The notes: generated by a model from the letters alone, not told the origin. A stretch of 64,000 nucleotides of DNA from Acidimicrobiia bacterium (GCA_038238245.1 JBBRXX010000002.1:88907-152906); one strand, 5' to 3'; shown: positions 20,264-27,877, numbered from the stretch's first letter. A program made the numbers and translations.

Positions 20264-20608
20264 ATGGAGCGCATGCCCGTGATCCGGTTCGCCGACGTTG
20301 CCCGCCGGCTCGGCGCGGCGACTCGCGCCGCCGGGCTCGTCGTGCCTGCGTTCCGCACACCGCCGCGTCGCCCCGGAGCCCCGCGCACGATCCGCCGGCT
20401 CCCGGGTGGCCCGGTGGTCGCGGTACTCGTGCGGTCGCGGCCCCTCGCCGACGTCGTCGCCGACATGGTCGAAGGCGTCGTCGTGGCGAACGGCCTGGCG
20501 GGCGACGCCGCGGCACGGATGCGAACCGTGCTCCTCCATGCCGCCGGCGGGCCTACCGTTGCACCCAACCGGCCCGGGTGGCGCAATCGGCAGACGCAGG
20601 CGGCTTAA
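20264..20608 (+). CDS. hypothetical protein (114 aa), 3' end overlaps tRNA-Leu
   Basis: The ORF has high GC3 throughout and no recognised motif. Its last 37 nt run into the tRNA, and its TAA stop is the tRNA anticodon triplet, so the real extent is uncertain. Confidence 0.4.
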   Translation: MERMPVIRFADVARRLGAATRAAGLVVPAFRTPPRRPGAPRTIRRLPGGPVVAVLVRSRPLADVVADMVEGVVVANGLAGDAAARMRTVLLHAAGGPTVAPNRPGWRNRQTQAA

Positions 20609-20658
20609 ACCCGCCGGCCCTCCTGGAGGGCATGAGGGTTCGACCCCCTCCCCGGGCA
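20572..20658 (+). tRNA. tRNA-Leu (anticodon UAA), type II with long variable arm
   Basis: Hand-folded. Acceptor stem GCCCGGG/CCCGGGC and D stem GCG/CGC. Anticodon stem GGCGG/CCGCC with loop CTTAAAC. Variable arm CCCT-ccTGG-AGGG. T arm GAGGG-TTCGACC-CCCTC. Discriminator A; no encoded CCA. Confidence 0.95.
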
Positions 20659-20659
20659 C

Positions 20660-20869
20660 TCAATCTTCGTACTTGAACGAGACCTTTACCTTGGCTCGAT
20701 ACGCCTTGACCGCACCGCCTTCGATCTGAAGGTCGAGCTCGGCGACTTCGGCGATCCGCAAGTCTCGAAGGCTGGATGCCGCCTTCTCGACCGCGGCGGC
20801 CGCTGCCTTCTCCCAGGACTCGGTGCTGGTACCGACCAACTCGATGACCTTGTACACGCTCTCTGCCAC
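20660..20869 (-). CDS. dodecin family flavin-binding protein
   Basis: 69 aa. 'VYKVIELVGTSTESWEKAAAAAVEKAASSLRDLRIAEVAELDLQIEGGAVKAYRAKVKVSF' matches the dodecin pattern. GTG start preceded by GGAGG. Confidence 0.85.
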   Translation of the reverse strand: MAESVYKVIELVGTSTESWEKAAAAAVEKAASSLRDLRIAEVAELDLQIEGGAVKAYRAKVKVSFKYED

Positions 20870-21032
20870 AGCAGGCCTCCACTTCGACGGGGTCCGCCGA
20901 GCCTTCCCGCAGGTTGCGCGCGTGTCAATCGCGAATCGCTCGCCGACGACCGCCGCGACCTTGCCGCTAGACCGGCACCCAGCGTCGTCGACGAGATCGT
21001 GCGAAGCTCCCGGAGGACGACTTGGAGGAAAG

Positions 21033-21452
21033 ATGGCAGACGCTCGCCCCGTGCTCGATCAGGTGAACCTCGTCGTACGAGACATGCCGGCCGCGGTCGA
21101 CTTCTACCGGCGGCTCGGTCTCGACATCCCCGATCGTGGCCCGTGGGATGCACACCATCGTTCTGCCGAGACCTCCAGCGCGGTCGACTTCGACTTCGAC
21201 AGCACGGAGTTCGCGACCAAATGGAACGAGGGTTCGCGCGGCGTCGGTGTCGCGCTCGGTTTCAAGGTGTCTTCACGTGACGAAGTGGATCGCCTCTTCA
21301 CCGAGCTGACGACCGCCGGCCACAACGCGCAGCAACCGCCGTACGACGCCTTTTGGGGTGCGCGCTACGCGATCGTCGAAGATCCGGACGGAAACCCCGT
21401 CGGGATCATGAGCCCGATCGACGCGGAACGGCGGACCGCGCCGCCGATGTGA
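21033..21452 (+). CDS. VOC (glyoxalase/bleomycin-resistance/dioxygenase) family protein
   Basis: ATG 21033 preceded by GGAGGAA. Motifs 'VNLVVRDMPAAVDFYRRLGL' and 'GARYAIVEDPDGNPVGI'. Confidence 0.85.
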   Translation: MADARPVLDQVNLVVRDMPAAVDFYRRLGLDIPDRGPWDAHHRSAETSSAVDFDFDSTEFATKWNEGSRGVGVALGFKVSSRDEVDRLFTELTTAGHNAQQPPYDAFWGARYAIVEDPDGNPVGIMSPIDAERRTAPPM

Positions 21453-23006
21453 TCAAGCGAGCTCAGGAACCGGCTGGGGCGGGGGAGGCCCGACGTATTG
21501 CGCGCTCGGGCGGATCAGGCGGTTGTCGGCCGCCTGCTCGAGGATGTGCGCGCACCAGCCGATCACGCGGCTCGCGGCGAACGTCGGTGTGAACAGCTCA
21601 CGCGGGATCCCGGCTCGGTCCATCACGATGCCCGCGTAGAACTCGACGTTGGTGTACAGCCGGCGACCCGGCTTCATCTCGTCGAGCACCTTGATCGCCG
21701 TCGCTTCGATGTGGCGCGCGAGGTCCATCTTGTCGCCGCCGAGCGAATCGGCGACGTCGCGCAGCATGAGCGAGCGGGGGTCGTCGGTCTTGTAGACGCG
21801 ATGGCCGAAGCCCATCAGGCGGTCGCCGCGTTCGACCGCGGCGCGGAGCCACGGCTCGGCCCGGTCCGCGGTGCCGATCACGTCGAGCATCTGGAGGGCC
21901 CGGCTCGGCGCGCCGCCGTGCAACGGTCCGGACAGTGCACCGATGGCGCCGACGACCGCGGCGCCGAGGTCGGCACCCGTCGAGGTGATCACACGGGCGG
22001 TGAACGTCGATGCGTTGAACCCGTGATCGATCGTCGAGATGAGGTACTTCTCGACCGCCGCCGCGTGCTCGGGCTGCGGTTCCTTGCCGTGCATCATGTA
22101 GAGGTAGTTCGCCGCGTAGCCGAGGTCGGGCCGCGGCGCGACCGGCTCGAGCCCTTGGCGCAGGCGCCACAGGGCACAGATGACCGTCGGCACGACCGCG
22201 CACGTCGCCATCGCGTTCTCTCGCAAGGTTGCGGCGTCGATGTCGATCGACGGTTTGAATCCGATCGTCGCGCCGAACTGCGAGACCGCGGTCCGGAGCG
22301 CGTCGAGCGGCACGAACTCGTCGCCGGCTCGAGCGATCGCGGGGAGCACGTCCGCCACTGCCGGCGGGATCGTGCGGCGCGCCCCGATGTCGGCGGCGAA
22401 CGCTTCTCGCTCGGCGATGGTTGCCGGGAGGCGGCCCTCGAACATCAAGAACCACACGTCTTCGAGTGGTCGCTTCTGCGCGAGCTCCACCGCGCTGTGC
22501 TCGCGATAGTGGTAGAAGCCTTCGAGGCCGCGTACGTCGCCGACGCGGGTCTCGGCGACGACCACGCCCTCGAGGCCGCGCGGGACCTCGTGGGACTGCG
22601 CGTCGGCGGGTTGGATCATCGCGATGCGCATGAGGTCGCGCATCGACACGATGCCGACGAGCCGGTCGGCGTCGACCACCGGAATATGCCGGTATCCGTG
22701 TTCCGAGAGCCTCGTGAACGCGGCGCGCGCCTCGACGTCTGACGCGATTGTGTCGGGGTCGGCGGTCATCCACTCCGACACCTTTGCCGTCGACGCGTCC
22801 GAGCCGGCGCTCGCGATGCGGATCATGTCGCGTTCGGTGAGGATGCCGATCGCACGCTCGTCGGCATTGACGACGACCACCGAGCCCACCTTGCGCTCCC
22901 GCATGCACGCCGCGGCTTCGGCAACCGTCTCGGCCGGTCGCACCGTGACCACCGGACGACTCATGATGTCGCCGACGGTTCGCTCTTGCGCGGTCGTCTC
23001 GGCCAT
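21453..23006 (-). CDS. citrate synthase with N-terminal CBS-pair domain
   Basis: Approximately residues 10-130 form two CBS motifs ('IMSRPVVTVRP...KVGSVVVV', 'WMTADPDTIASD...RHIPVVDADRLVGIVSMRDL'). The rest is a citrate synthase core: 'STIDHGFNASTFTARV', 'GALSGPLHGGA', 'LMGFGHRVYKTDDPR' and 'YTNVEFYAG'. Confidence 0.9.
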   Translation of the reverse strand: MAETTAQERTVGDIMSRPVVTVRPAETVAEAAACMRERKVGSVVVVNADERAIGILTERDMIRIASAGSDASTAKVSEWMTADPDTIASDVEARAAFTRLSEHGYRHIPVVDADRLVGIVSMRDLMRIAMIQPADAQSHEVPRGLEGVVVAETRVGDVRGLEGFYHYREHSAVELAQKRPLEDVWFLMFEGRLPATIAEREAFAADIGARRTIPPAVADVLPAIARAGDEFVPLDALRTAVSQFGATIGFKPSIDIDAATLRENAMATCAVVPTVICALWRLRQGLEPVAPRPDLGYAANYLYMMHGKEPQPEHAAAVEKYLISTIDHGFNASTFTARVITSTGADLGAAVVGAIGALSGPLHGGAPSRALQMLDVIGTADRAEPWLRAAVERGDRLMGFGHRVYKTDDPRSLMLRDVADSLGGDKMDLARHIEATAIKVLDEMKPGRRLYTNVEFYAGIVMDRAGIPRELFTPTFAASRVIGWCAHILEQAADNRLIRPSAQYVGPPPPQPVPELA

Positions 23007-23107
23007 GCGCGCAGTCTACGTGTGCTCCGCCGCGCATCGATCGTTGCAACGCGACGCAATGCAACGCAGCGCGCGCGACGAAGGATCGTTGCGACGCGAT
23101 CGTGTGG

Positions 23108-23890
23108 TCATCCGCTGCCGGCCGAGTCCGGGGTGCCGTGACGTCCCGCGCCCGTCGCGAACCGGGATGCGCCGGCAATGGCGTCGCCGGCAGCCAACAC
23201 CCGCACGCCGTGCGCGTACTCGGCCGCGATCGCCTCGTCGAGGGTGAGACCCCACTGCTCGTAGCTCGACGCGCGGTCCTCGCGCATGCAGCGCTGGGGC
23301 AACGCCGCCAACTCGGTCGCGAGGGCGACGGCCGCCCGCCGGGCGTCACCCGGTTCCGTGAGGCGGTTCGCCAACCCCATGCGCTGCGCTTCGTCGCCGG
23401 AGACGCCCCGCCCGGTCAGGATGAGGTCGAGCGCATGGGAGTGGCCGATCAGCCGGGGGAGACGCACGGTGCCCCCGTCGATCAGCGGGACGCCCCACCG
23501 CCGGCAGAACACGCCGAACACCGCGTCGCGCGCGGCCACTCGCAGGTCGCACCAGAGCGCGAGCTCGAGGCCGCCCGCAACGGCGTACCCCTCGACCGCC
23601 GCGATGACCGGCTTGGCGAGCAGCATGCGTGACGGCCCCATCGGCCCGTCGCCGTCGGGCCGTACCTGGTTCGTGCCGGATTGGCGGCTGATCGCCTTCA
23701 GGTCGGCGCCCGCACAGAACGTGCCGCCGGCGCCGGTGAGGACGGCCACATCGCGTTCGTCGTCGGCGTCGAACGCGCGGAACGCGTCCGCGAGCCGGGC
23801 GGCAGTCGGTCCGTCGACCGCGTTACGGACGTCGGGACGGTCGATCGTGACGATCGTGATGCGGCCTTCGTGTTCGACGGTGACCGTCAT
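23108..23890 (-). CDS. enoyl-CoA hydratase/isomerase (crotonase) family protein
   Basis: ATG 23890 (MTVTVEHEGRITIVTIDRPDVRNAV) follows GGGAG. Motifs 'VAVLTGAGGTFCAGADLK' and 'AAVEGYAVAGGLELALWCDL'. Confidence 0.9.
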   Translation of the reverse strand: MTVTVEHEGRITIVTIDRPDVRNAVDGPTAARLADAFRAFDADDERDVAVLTGAGGTFCAGADLKAISRQSGTNQVRPDGDGPMGPSRMLLAKPVIAAVEGYAVAGGLELALWCDLRVAARDAVFGVFCRRWGVPLIDGGTVRLPRLIGHSHALDLILTGRGVSGDEAQRMGLANRLTEPGDARRAAVALATELAALPQRCMREDRASSYEQWGLTLDEAIAAEYAHGVRVLAAGDAIAGASRFATGAGRHGTPDSAGSG

Positions 23891-24495
23891 TGCTGCTCCC
23901 TTCGCGCGATCAGGTGCGCGTTCTCGTTGAGCGACGCGAGCGAACGCACACCCGTTCGCGACGCGACAACCCGTGACAGCGACGTGTAGTGCGGATCGAA
24001 CCAAAGGAGTCGATCGAAGCCGAGCACGACCGCCAATGCGACGTTGATGACCCCGCCGTGGCACACCGCGACGACCCGCTCACCCGGATGTCCGGCGATC
24101 AATGCCGCGAGTGTCGCTTCGACGCGCGTGCGGAAGAGCTCGGGCGATTCGCCGCCGAAGGTCTCCCAACGTCCTTCCATCATGTCCGTGAGCCGCGGAT
24201 CCTTCGTGGAGCGCAGCTCGTCCATCGGGATGTAGTGGTCGGCCTGCACGTCGTACTCGACGAGCCCCTCGACGACCTCGATCACGAGCCCGTGCGCGTC
24301 CGCGATCGGCTGGGCCGTCTGGATCGCGCGCTGCTGCGGACTGGAGAGAACGGCGTCGATGTGCTCGTGTGCGAGCCAGCCGGCCAGGCGCTGCGCTTGT
24401 TCCCTCCCGCGTGCGGTGAGCTGCGGATTCGCGGGCTTCCCCGTACCCGGCGCGACGCGCTCGGGTTCGGCGTGGCGCACCCAGAGCAGCTCCAT
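23887..24495 (-). CDS. histidine phosphatase (phosphoglycerate mutase) family protein
   Basis: 'LLWVRHAEP' is the catalytic RH motif, followed by 'VVAVCHGGVIN'. The stop overlaps the crotonase start (ATGA). ATG 24495 was chosen. Confidence 0.85.
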   Translation of the reverse strand: MELLWVRHAEPERVAPGTGKPANPQLTARGREQAQRLAGWLAHEHIDAVLSSPQQRAIQTAQPIADAHGLVIEVVEGLVEYDVQADHYIPMDELRSTKDPRLTDMMEGRWETFGGESPELFRTRVEATLAALIAGHPGERVVAVCHGGVINVALAVVLGFDRLLWFDPHYTSLSRVVASRTGVRSLASLNENAHLIARREQQ

Positions 24496-24511
24496 CAGCG
24501 CGCCCGCCTCG

Positions 24512-25144
24512 TCATGCGAGGGAGAATTCCAGGACGCGCTCGAGCTCTGCAAGCGCGTCGTGCGGGTCGACGACCTTGATCGTCGTCATGCCCATCGCGC
24601 GTGCGGGTTTGAGGTTGATGCCGAGGTCGTCGAGGAACACCGCCTCGGACGCGTGCACGTCGAGGCGACCGAGCACGAGCGAGTAGATACGCGGGTCCGG
24701 CTTGCGCAGGCCCTCACGCGAAGACTCCACGATCACGTCGAACGCGAGCGTGTCGTGCAGCGGATGGGGCGTGGAACGCGCGTCGTCGCCGGTCCAGTTG
24801 TTCGTGAGCGCGGCCGTGCGCAGCCCGTGGGCACGAATCTTCGCTGTGGCCCGCGCCATCTCCGGCCGAGGACCGAGTGACGAGCCGATCATCGACATCA
24901 GGCGCCGGGCGTCCAACCGGAAACCCGCCGCGTCGGCCTCGGCTTCGAGCGCGACCGCGAACTCGTCCATGCCGAGCTCGCCCCGCTCGAGCGCGGCCCA
25001 CGCGCCTTCCTCGCTGCTCCGGCGGATGAGACCTCGCATCGTCCCTGCCGTGAGACTGTGGCGCTCGTCGTAGGCGTCGAAGGCTTCGAACGGCGACGGG
25101 AACACGACCCCGCCAAGGTCGAAGATCACGGCGCGATACGTCAC
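24512..25144 (-). CDS. HAD-superfamily hydrolase (subfamily IA, epoxide-hydrolase N-terminal-like phosphatase)
   Basis: GTG 25144. Motif I is 'AVIFDLGGVVF'; also 'ALTNNW' and 'AVFLDDLGINL'. The upstream part of track ORF 24512..25543 overlaps the FAD oxidase gene. Confidence 0.85.
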   Translation of the reverse strand: MTYRAVIFDLGGVVFPSPFEAFDAYDERHSLTAGTMRGLIRRSSEEGAWAALERGELGMDEFAVALEAEADAAGFRLDARRLMSMIGSSLGPRPEMARATAKIRAHGLRTAALTNNWTGDDARSTPHPLHDTLAFDVIVESSREGLRKPDPRIYSLVLGRLDVHASEAVFLDDLGINLKPARAMGMTTIKVVDPHDALAELERVLEFSLA

Positions 25145-25146
25145 GC

Positions 25147-26769
25147 TCAGCTTCCGGAGTCGGGGTCGACGAGCACGCCGGGGTTGAGAATCCCGGAAGG
25201 ATCGACCGCCCGTTTCGCGGCTCGTAACGCGGCCGCGAAGAGTTCCGGGCGCTGGGCGTCGTACCACGGCCGATGGTCGCGGCCGACCGCGTGATGGTGC
25301 GTGATCGTGCCGCCGTGGCGCAGGAGTGCTTGGCCGGCCGCATCCTTGATCGCGTTCCATTGTGCGAGCTGATCCGGTTCGCGGCCGAGCGCGAGCACGG
25401 TGAAGTAGGGCGCGGGACCGTCGGGATAGACGTGCGTGAACCGGCAGGTGACGACCGCGGATCCCGCGCCGGCGTCCGCTGCCGCTTCTCGTACCGATGC
25501 CGTGACGTCCCGGTGCAGCGCGTCGAACGCATCCCACGTGCACGCGGTCTCGAACGTCTCGCTGATCATCCCGAGCGCGACGAGCGCGTCGCGCGAGTAC
25601 GGCGCGCGTACGAACGCGTTGCGCCAGTTGCCGGCCGCGCCTTCCCGCGCGCCCGCACCCGACGCCGAACGGATCACGATCGCGCCGTCATCGATCTTGC
25701 CATTGTGGTCGCGGGCGCACTCGACAGCTCGCGCGATCCACGTGTCGCAAGGATGGTCGGCGGACTCGAATGCCAGCAGCAGGATGGCGTCGCCCGACTC
25801 GTCGGTACCGCTCACGCGCGCTTCGGTGGCATCGAGCAGGCGGCAGTTCGACGGATACAAACCGGATTGGGCGACCGCGCGTGCCGCGTCGACCGCCGCA
25901 CCGAAATCCGCAAACCGGGCCGTCGCCGAGGCGCGGAATGTCGGCCGGTCCTGCAGGCGCATCCAGGCCTCGGTGATGATCCCGAGAATGCCTTCTGATC
26001 CGAGCAGCGCGCGATCGGGTGACGGTCCGGCGCCCGACCCGGGCAGCCGCCGGCTCTCCCAGACGCCGCGCGGCGTGATCGCGCGAAGCGATTCGACGAA
26101 GTCGTCGATGTGGGTGTGGAGCGTCGCGTAGTGACCGCCGGAACGGGTCGCGAGCCAGCCGCCGAGGGTGGAGAACTCGAACGACTGGGGGAAGTGCCGA
26201 AGCGTCAGGCCATGCGGTCGCAGCTGATCTTCGAGCGCGGGCCCGTACACGCCGGCCTGGATCCGCGCCGCGCGCGACAGGTGATCCACCTCGATGACAC
26301 GATCGAATGCGCGCAGGTCGATGCTGACGGCGCCGCGGTAGTCGTCGCCGACGTCGCACTCGACACCACCGACCACCGACGATCCACCGCCATAGGGAAT
26401 GGCGGCGACACGCGCGTCGCTGCACCAGTCGAGGAGCGCGACGACGTCGTCTTCGTTGCGCGGGATCGCGACTGCATCCGGCGGATGCGCGAAGTCACGA
26501 TGCAACGCGCGCCACACGTCACGGAAGGACTTGCCATAGGTGTGCCCGGCCCGCTCGTACGGATCGACGGTGAAGAGGTGCGCGAGCGTTGGGGGTGCGC
26601 TGACGCGCGGATCGGGCAACGCGATCTCGTCGATCGTGGGCGGCTCGATCGGCGATCGGGGCGGCGCGTCGAATAAGGCCGTGACCGTGGCGCCCATTTG
26701 CTCCTGCTGGGCGCGGGTCGGGCCCTCCGCCTCGACGCCCCAACCCCAGAACCGCCGCTGCGTATGCAT
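25147..26769 (-). CDS. FAD-linked oxidase, alkyl-dihydroxyacetonephosphate-synthase (AGPS)-like
   Basis: N-terminal 'RRFWGWG' resembles the 'KWNGWG' of AGPS. FAD_binding_4 motif 'AAIPYGGGSSVVGGV' and C-terminal 'THHHAVGRDHRPWY'. ATG 26769 was chosen because TATGGT lies 8 nt upstream; ATG 26808 is the alternative. Confidence 0.88.
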   Translation of the reverse strand: MHTQRRFWGWGVEAEGPTRAQQEQMGATVTALFDAPPRSPIEPPTIDEIALPDPRVSAPPTLAHLFTVDPYERAGHTYGKSFRDVWRALHRDFAHPPDAVAIPRNEDDVVALLDWCSDARVAAIPYGGGSSVVGGVECDVGDDYRGAVSIDLRAFDRVIEVDHLSRAARIQAGVYGPALEDQLRPHGLTLRHFPQSFEFSTLGGWLATRSGGHYATLHTHIDDFVESLRAITPRGVWESRRLPGSGAGPSPDRALLGSEGILGIITEAWMRLQDRPTFRASATARFADFGAAVDAARAVAQSGLYPSNCRLLDATEARVSGTDESGDAILLLAFESADHPCDTWIARAVECARDHNGKIDDGAIVIRSASGAGAREGAAGNWRNAFVRAPYSRDALVALGMISETFETACTWDAFDALHRDVTASVREAAADAGAGSAVVTCRFTHVYPDGPAPYFTVLALGREPDQLAQWNAIKDAAGQALLRHGGTITHHHAVGRDHRPWYDAQRPELFAAALRAAKRAVDPSGILNPGVLVDPDSGS

Positions 26770-26898
26770 GGGGCCGGACCATACGGCGTGCCGACGCCGG
26801 CGGTGCATGGAGGTCGAGCCATCGGCCGACCGGCAGATACGACCGATCGGCGAGGGACGCAGTATCGAGACGACGGCAACTCATACGTTGTATACCTA

Positions 26899-26928
26899 TT
26901 GACCGCTTTGCCCGTGGCCGTGTAGAAA
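26899..26928 (+). promoter_or_regulatory. sigma70-type promoter TTGACC-N18-TAGAAA facing the structured intergenic RNA candidate
   Basis: ctaTTGACCgctttgcccgtggccgtgTAGAAAttgtgcgcg. No credible ORF follows on this strand until the TetR gene, which has its own promoter. Confidence 0.45.
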
Positions 26929-26935
26929 TTGTGCG

Positions 26936-27216
26936 CGTCGGGAGCCGGTATTCCCGACGAGACCTACGGCTTGCTTTGGCTCCTTGCGGGGCCGTGGGAA
27001 GGCAGGGGCGAGCTGGCATCTTGTGGGCGAACGGGCCAGCTCGCCGCCTGCAGACGGTTCAAATTGTTCTGCTGCGCCGTCGGGACCTCTCGCACGCGCA
27101 GCGAAAGGACGAGGGGCGGGGCTCGGAGAACGTGCACCCCGAGTCCCGCCTCTTGAAATGCGCGGTTCGCCCGCGCCTGCCTGGCTGTTTTCGGTACCGG
27201 CATCTACGACATTTTC
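26936..27216 (+). ncRNA. candidate structured small RNA, family unknown
   Basis: Hairpins are at 27002-27051 (16 bp, one bulge), 27071-27102 (7 bp), 27115-27150 (12 bp including one G.U that would be C.A on the other strand) and 27160-27176 (6 bp). A long-range helix pairs 26944-26950 with 27195-27201, followed by ATTTTC at 27211. Both ends are approximate. Confidence 0.35.
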
Positions 27217-27219
27217 GTC

Positions 27220-27265
27220 TTGACGAATCTCCGAACGCCGTGTGATTATCCTAACGATGTTAGGA
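27220..27265 (+). promoter_or_regulatory. TetR-gene promoter (TTGACG-N18-GATTAT) with perfect 7-3-7 palindrome TCCTAAC-GAT-GTTAGGA over the predicted TSS and start codon
   Basis: The -35 is at 27220-27225 and the -10 at 27244-27249. The palindrome at 27249-27265 spans ATG 27257. This geometry is typical of an autoregulatory TetR operator on a leaderless mRNA. Confidence 0.5.
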
Positions 27266-27877
27266 GAAGCGAATGGCGGTCGGGTCTCCCGACGGAGGGA
27301 GGCCACCAAGGCCGAGATCCTGGACGCCGCCTGGGACATGGTCGGGGAGCAGGGGCTGGCGGCGCTCTCGCTGCGGGACCTGGCGGCCCGCGTCAGCATG
27401 CGGGCGCCGTCCATTTACCAGTACTTCGACTCGAAGCACGCCATCTACGACGCGATGTTCGGCCAGGGCGCGAGGGAAGCGCTGGAAGAGGTGAACATCG
27501 GCGCGTTCGACGGAGGCACCGCCACGCAGCTTCGTGCGTCGGCCCACAAGATGTTCGAGTTCGTGACGAGCAATCCCGCGCGGGCCCTGCTGCTCTTCCA
27601 GCGCACGATTCCCGGGTTCGAGCCGAGTCCTGAGTCGTACGCCCCGGCGGTCGCGCTCATCGAGCGGCTCCAGACGTTCCTCGCCGAGCACGGCATCACC
27701 GACCCTGATGCGCAGGACACCTGGACCGCGCTGATCAGCGGCCTGGCGAACCAGCAGGTCGCCAATGATCCGGGCGGCACGCGATGGGCGCGCCTCATCG
27801 ACCGCGCCGTCGACATGTACATCGCCGAGTTCGCGCCGCAAGCGCTGGCCCAAGCGAAGAAGAGGGGGTCCTCATGA
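27257..27877 (+). CDS. TetR/AcrR family transcriptional regulator
   Basis: HTH region 'TKAEILDAAWDMVGEQGLAALSLRDLAARVSMRAPSIYQYFDSK'. The start is ATG 27257 (leaderless prediction) or GTG 27242. Codon 2 is the rare TTA. Confidence 0.9.
   Translation: MLGEANGGRVSRRREATKAEILDAAWDMVGEQGLAALSLRDLAARVSMRAPSIYQYFDSKHAIYDAMFGQGAREALEEVNIGAFDGGTATQLRASAHKMFEFVTSNPARALLLFQRTIPGFEPSPESYAPAVALIERLQTFLAEHGITDPDAQDTWTALISGLANQQVANDPGGTRWARLIDRAVDMYIAEFAPQALAQAKKRGSS

Noticed and set aside
20572-20658. tRNA-Leu as an attachment site for an integrated element
   Set aside because: I saw no integrase, excisionase or phage/plasmid genes on either side, no visible repeat of the tRNA 3' end elsewhere in the window, and no compositional shift. 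The flanking genes are ordinary (MATE, dodecin, VOC).
26929-27156. Cys-rich 75-aa ORF (and the overlapping 104-aa ORF 26931-27245) inside the long intergenic region
   Set aside because: Hand-counted third-position G/C is about 76% and 68%, below that of the surrounding genes. Their start codons lie only 0-2 nt downstream of the -10 hexamer (26923-26928), upstream of the expected transcription start about 7 nt downstream, and they have no SD. The stem-loops explain the open frames better. They are kept only as an alternative to the ncRNA hypothesis.
26936-27216. The possibility that the structured region is SRP RNA, RNase P RNA, tmRNA or 6S RNA
   Set aside because: It has no GGAAGCAGC-type SRP domain IV motif, no GAGGAAAGUCC RNase P motif, and no tRNA-like end or tag ORF. 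It is built from local hairpins rather than a long rod with a central bubble. It cannot be excluded without covariance-model searches.
27260-27262. bldA-style regulation: a rare TTA codon at position 2 of the TetR gene together with the tRNA-Leu(UAA) gene in the same window
   Set aside because: An in-frame TTA also occurs in the housekeeping mfd gene (4358-4360), so TTA is not confined to regulatory targets here. One codon is not evidence of a developmental switch.
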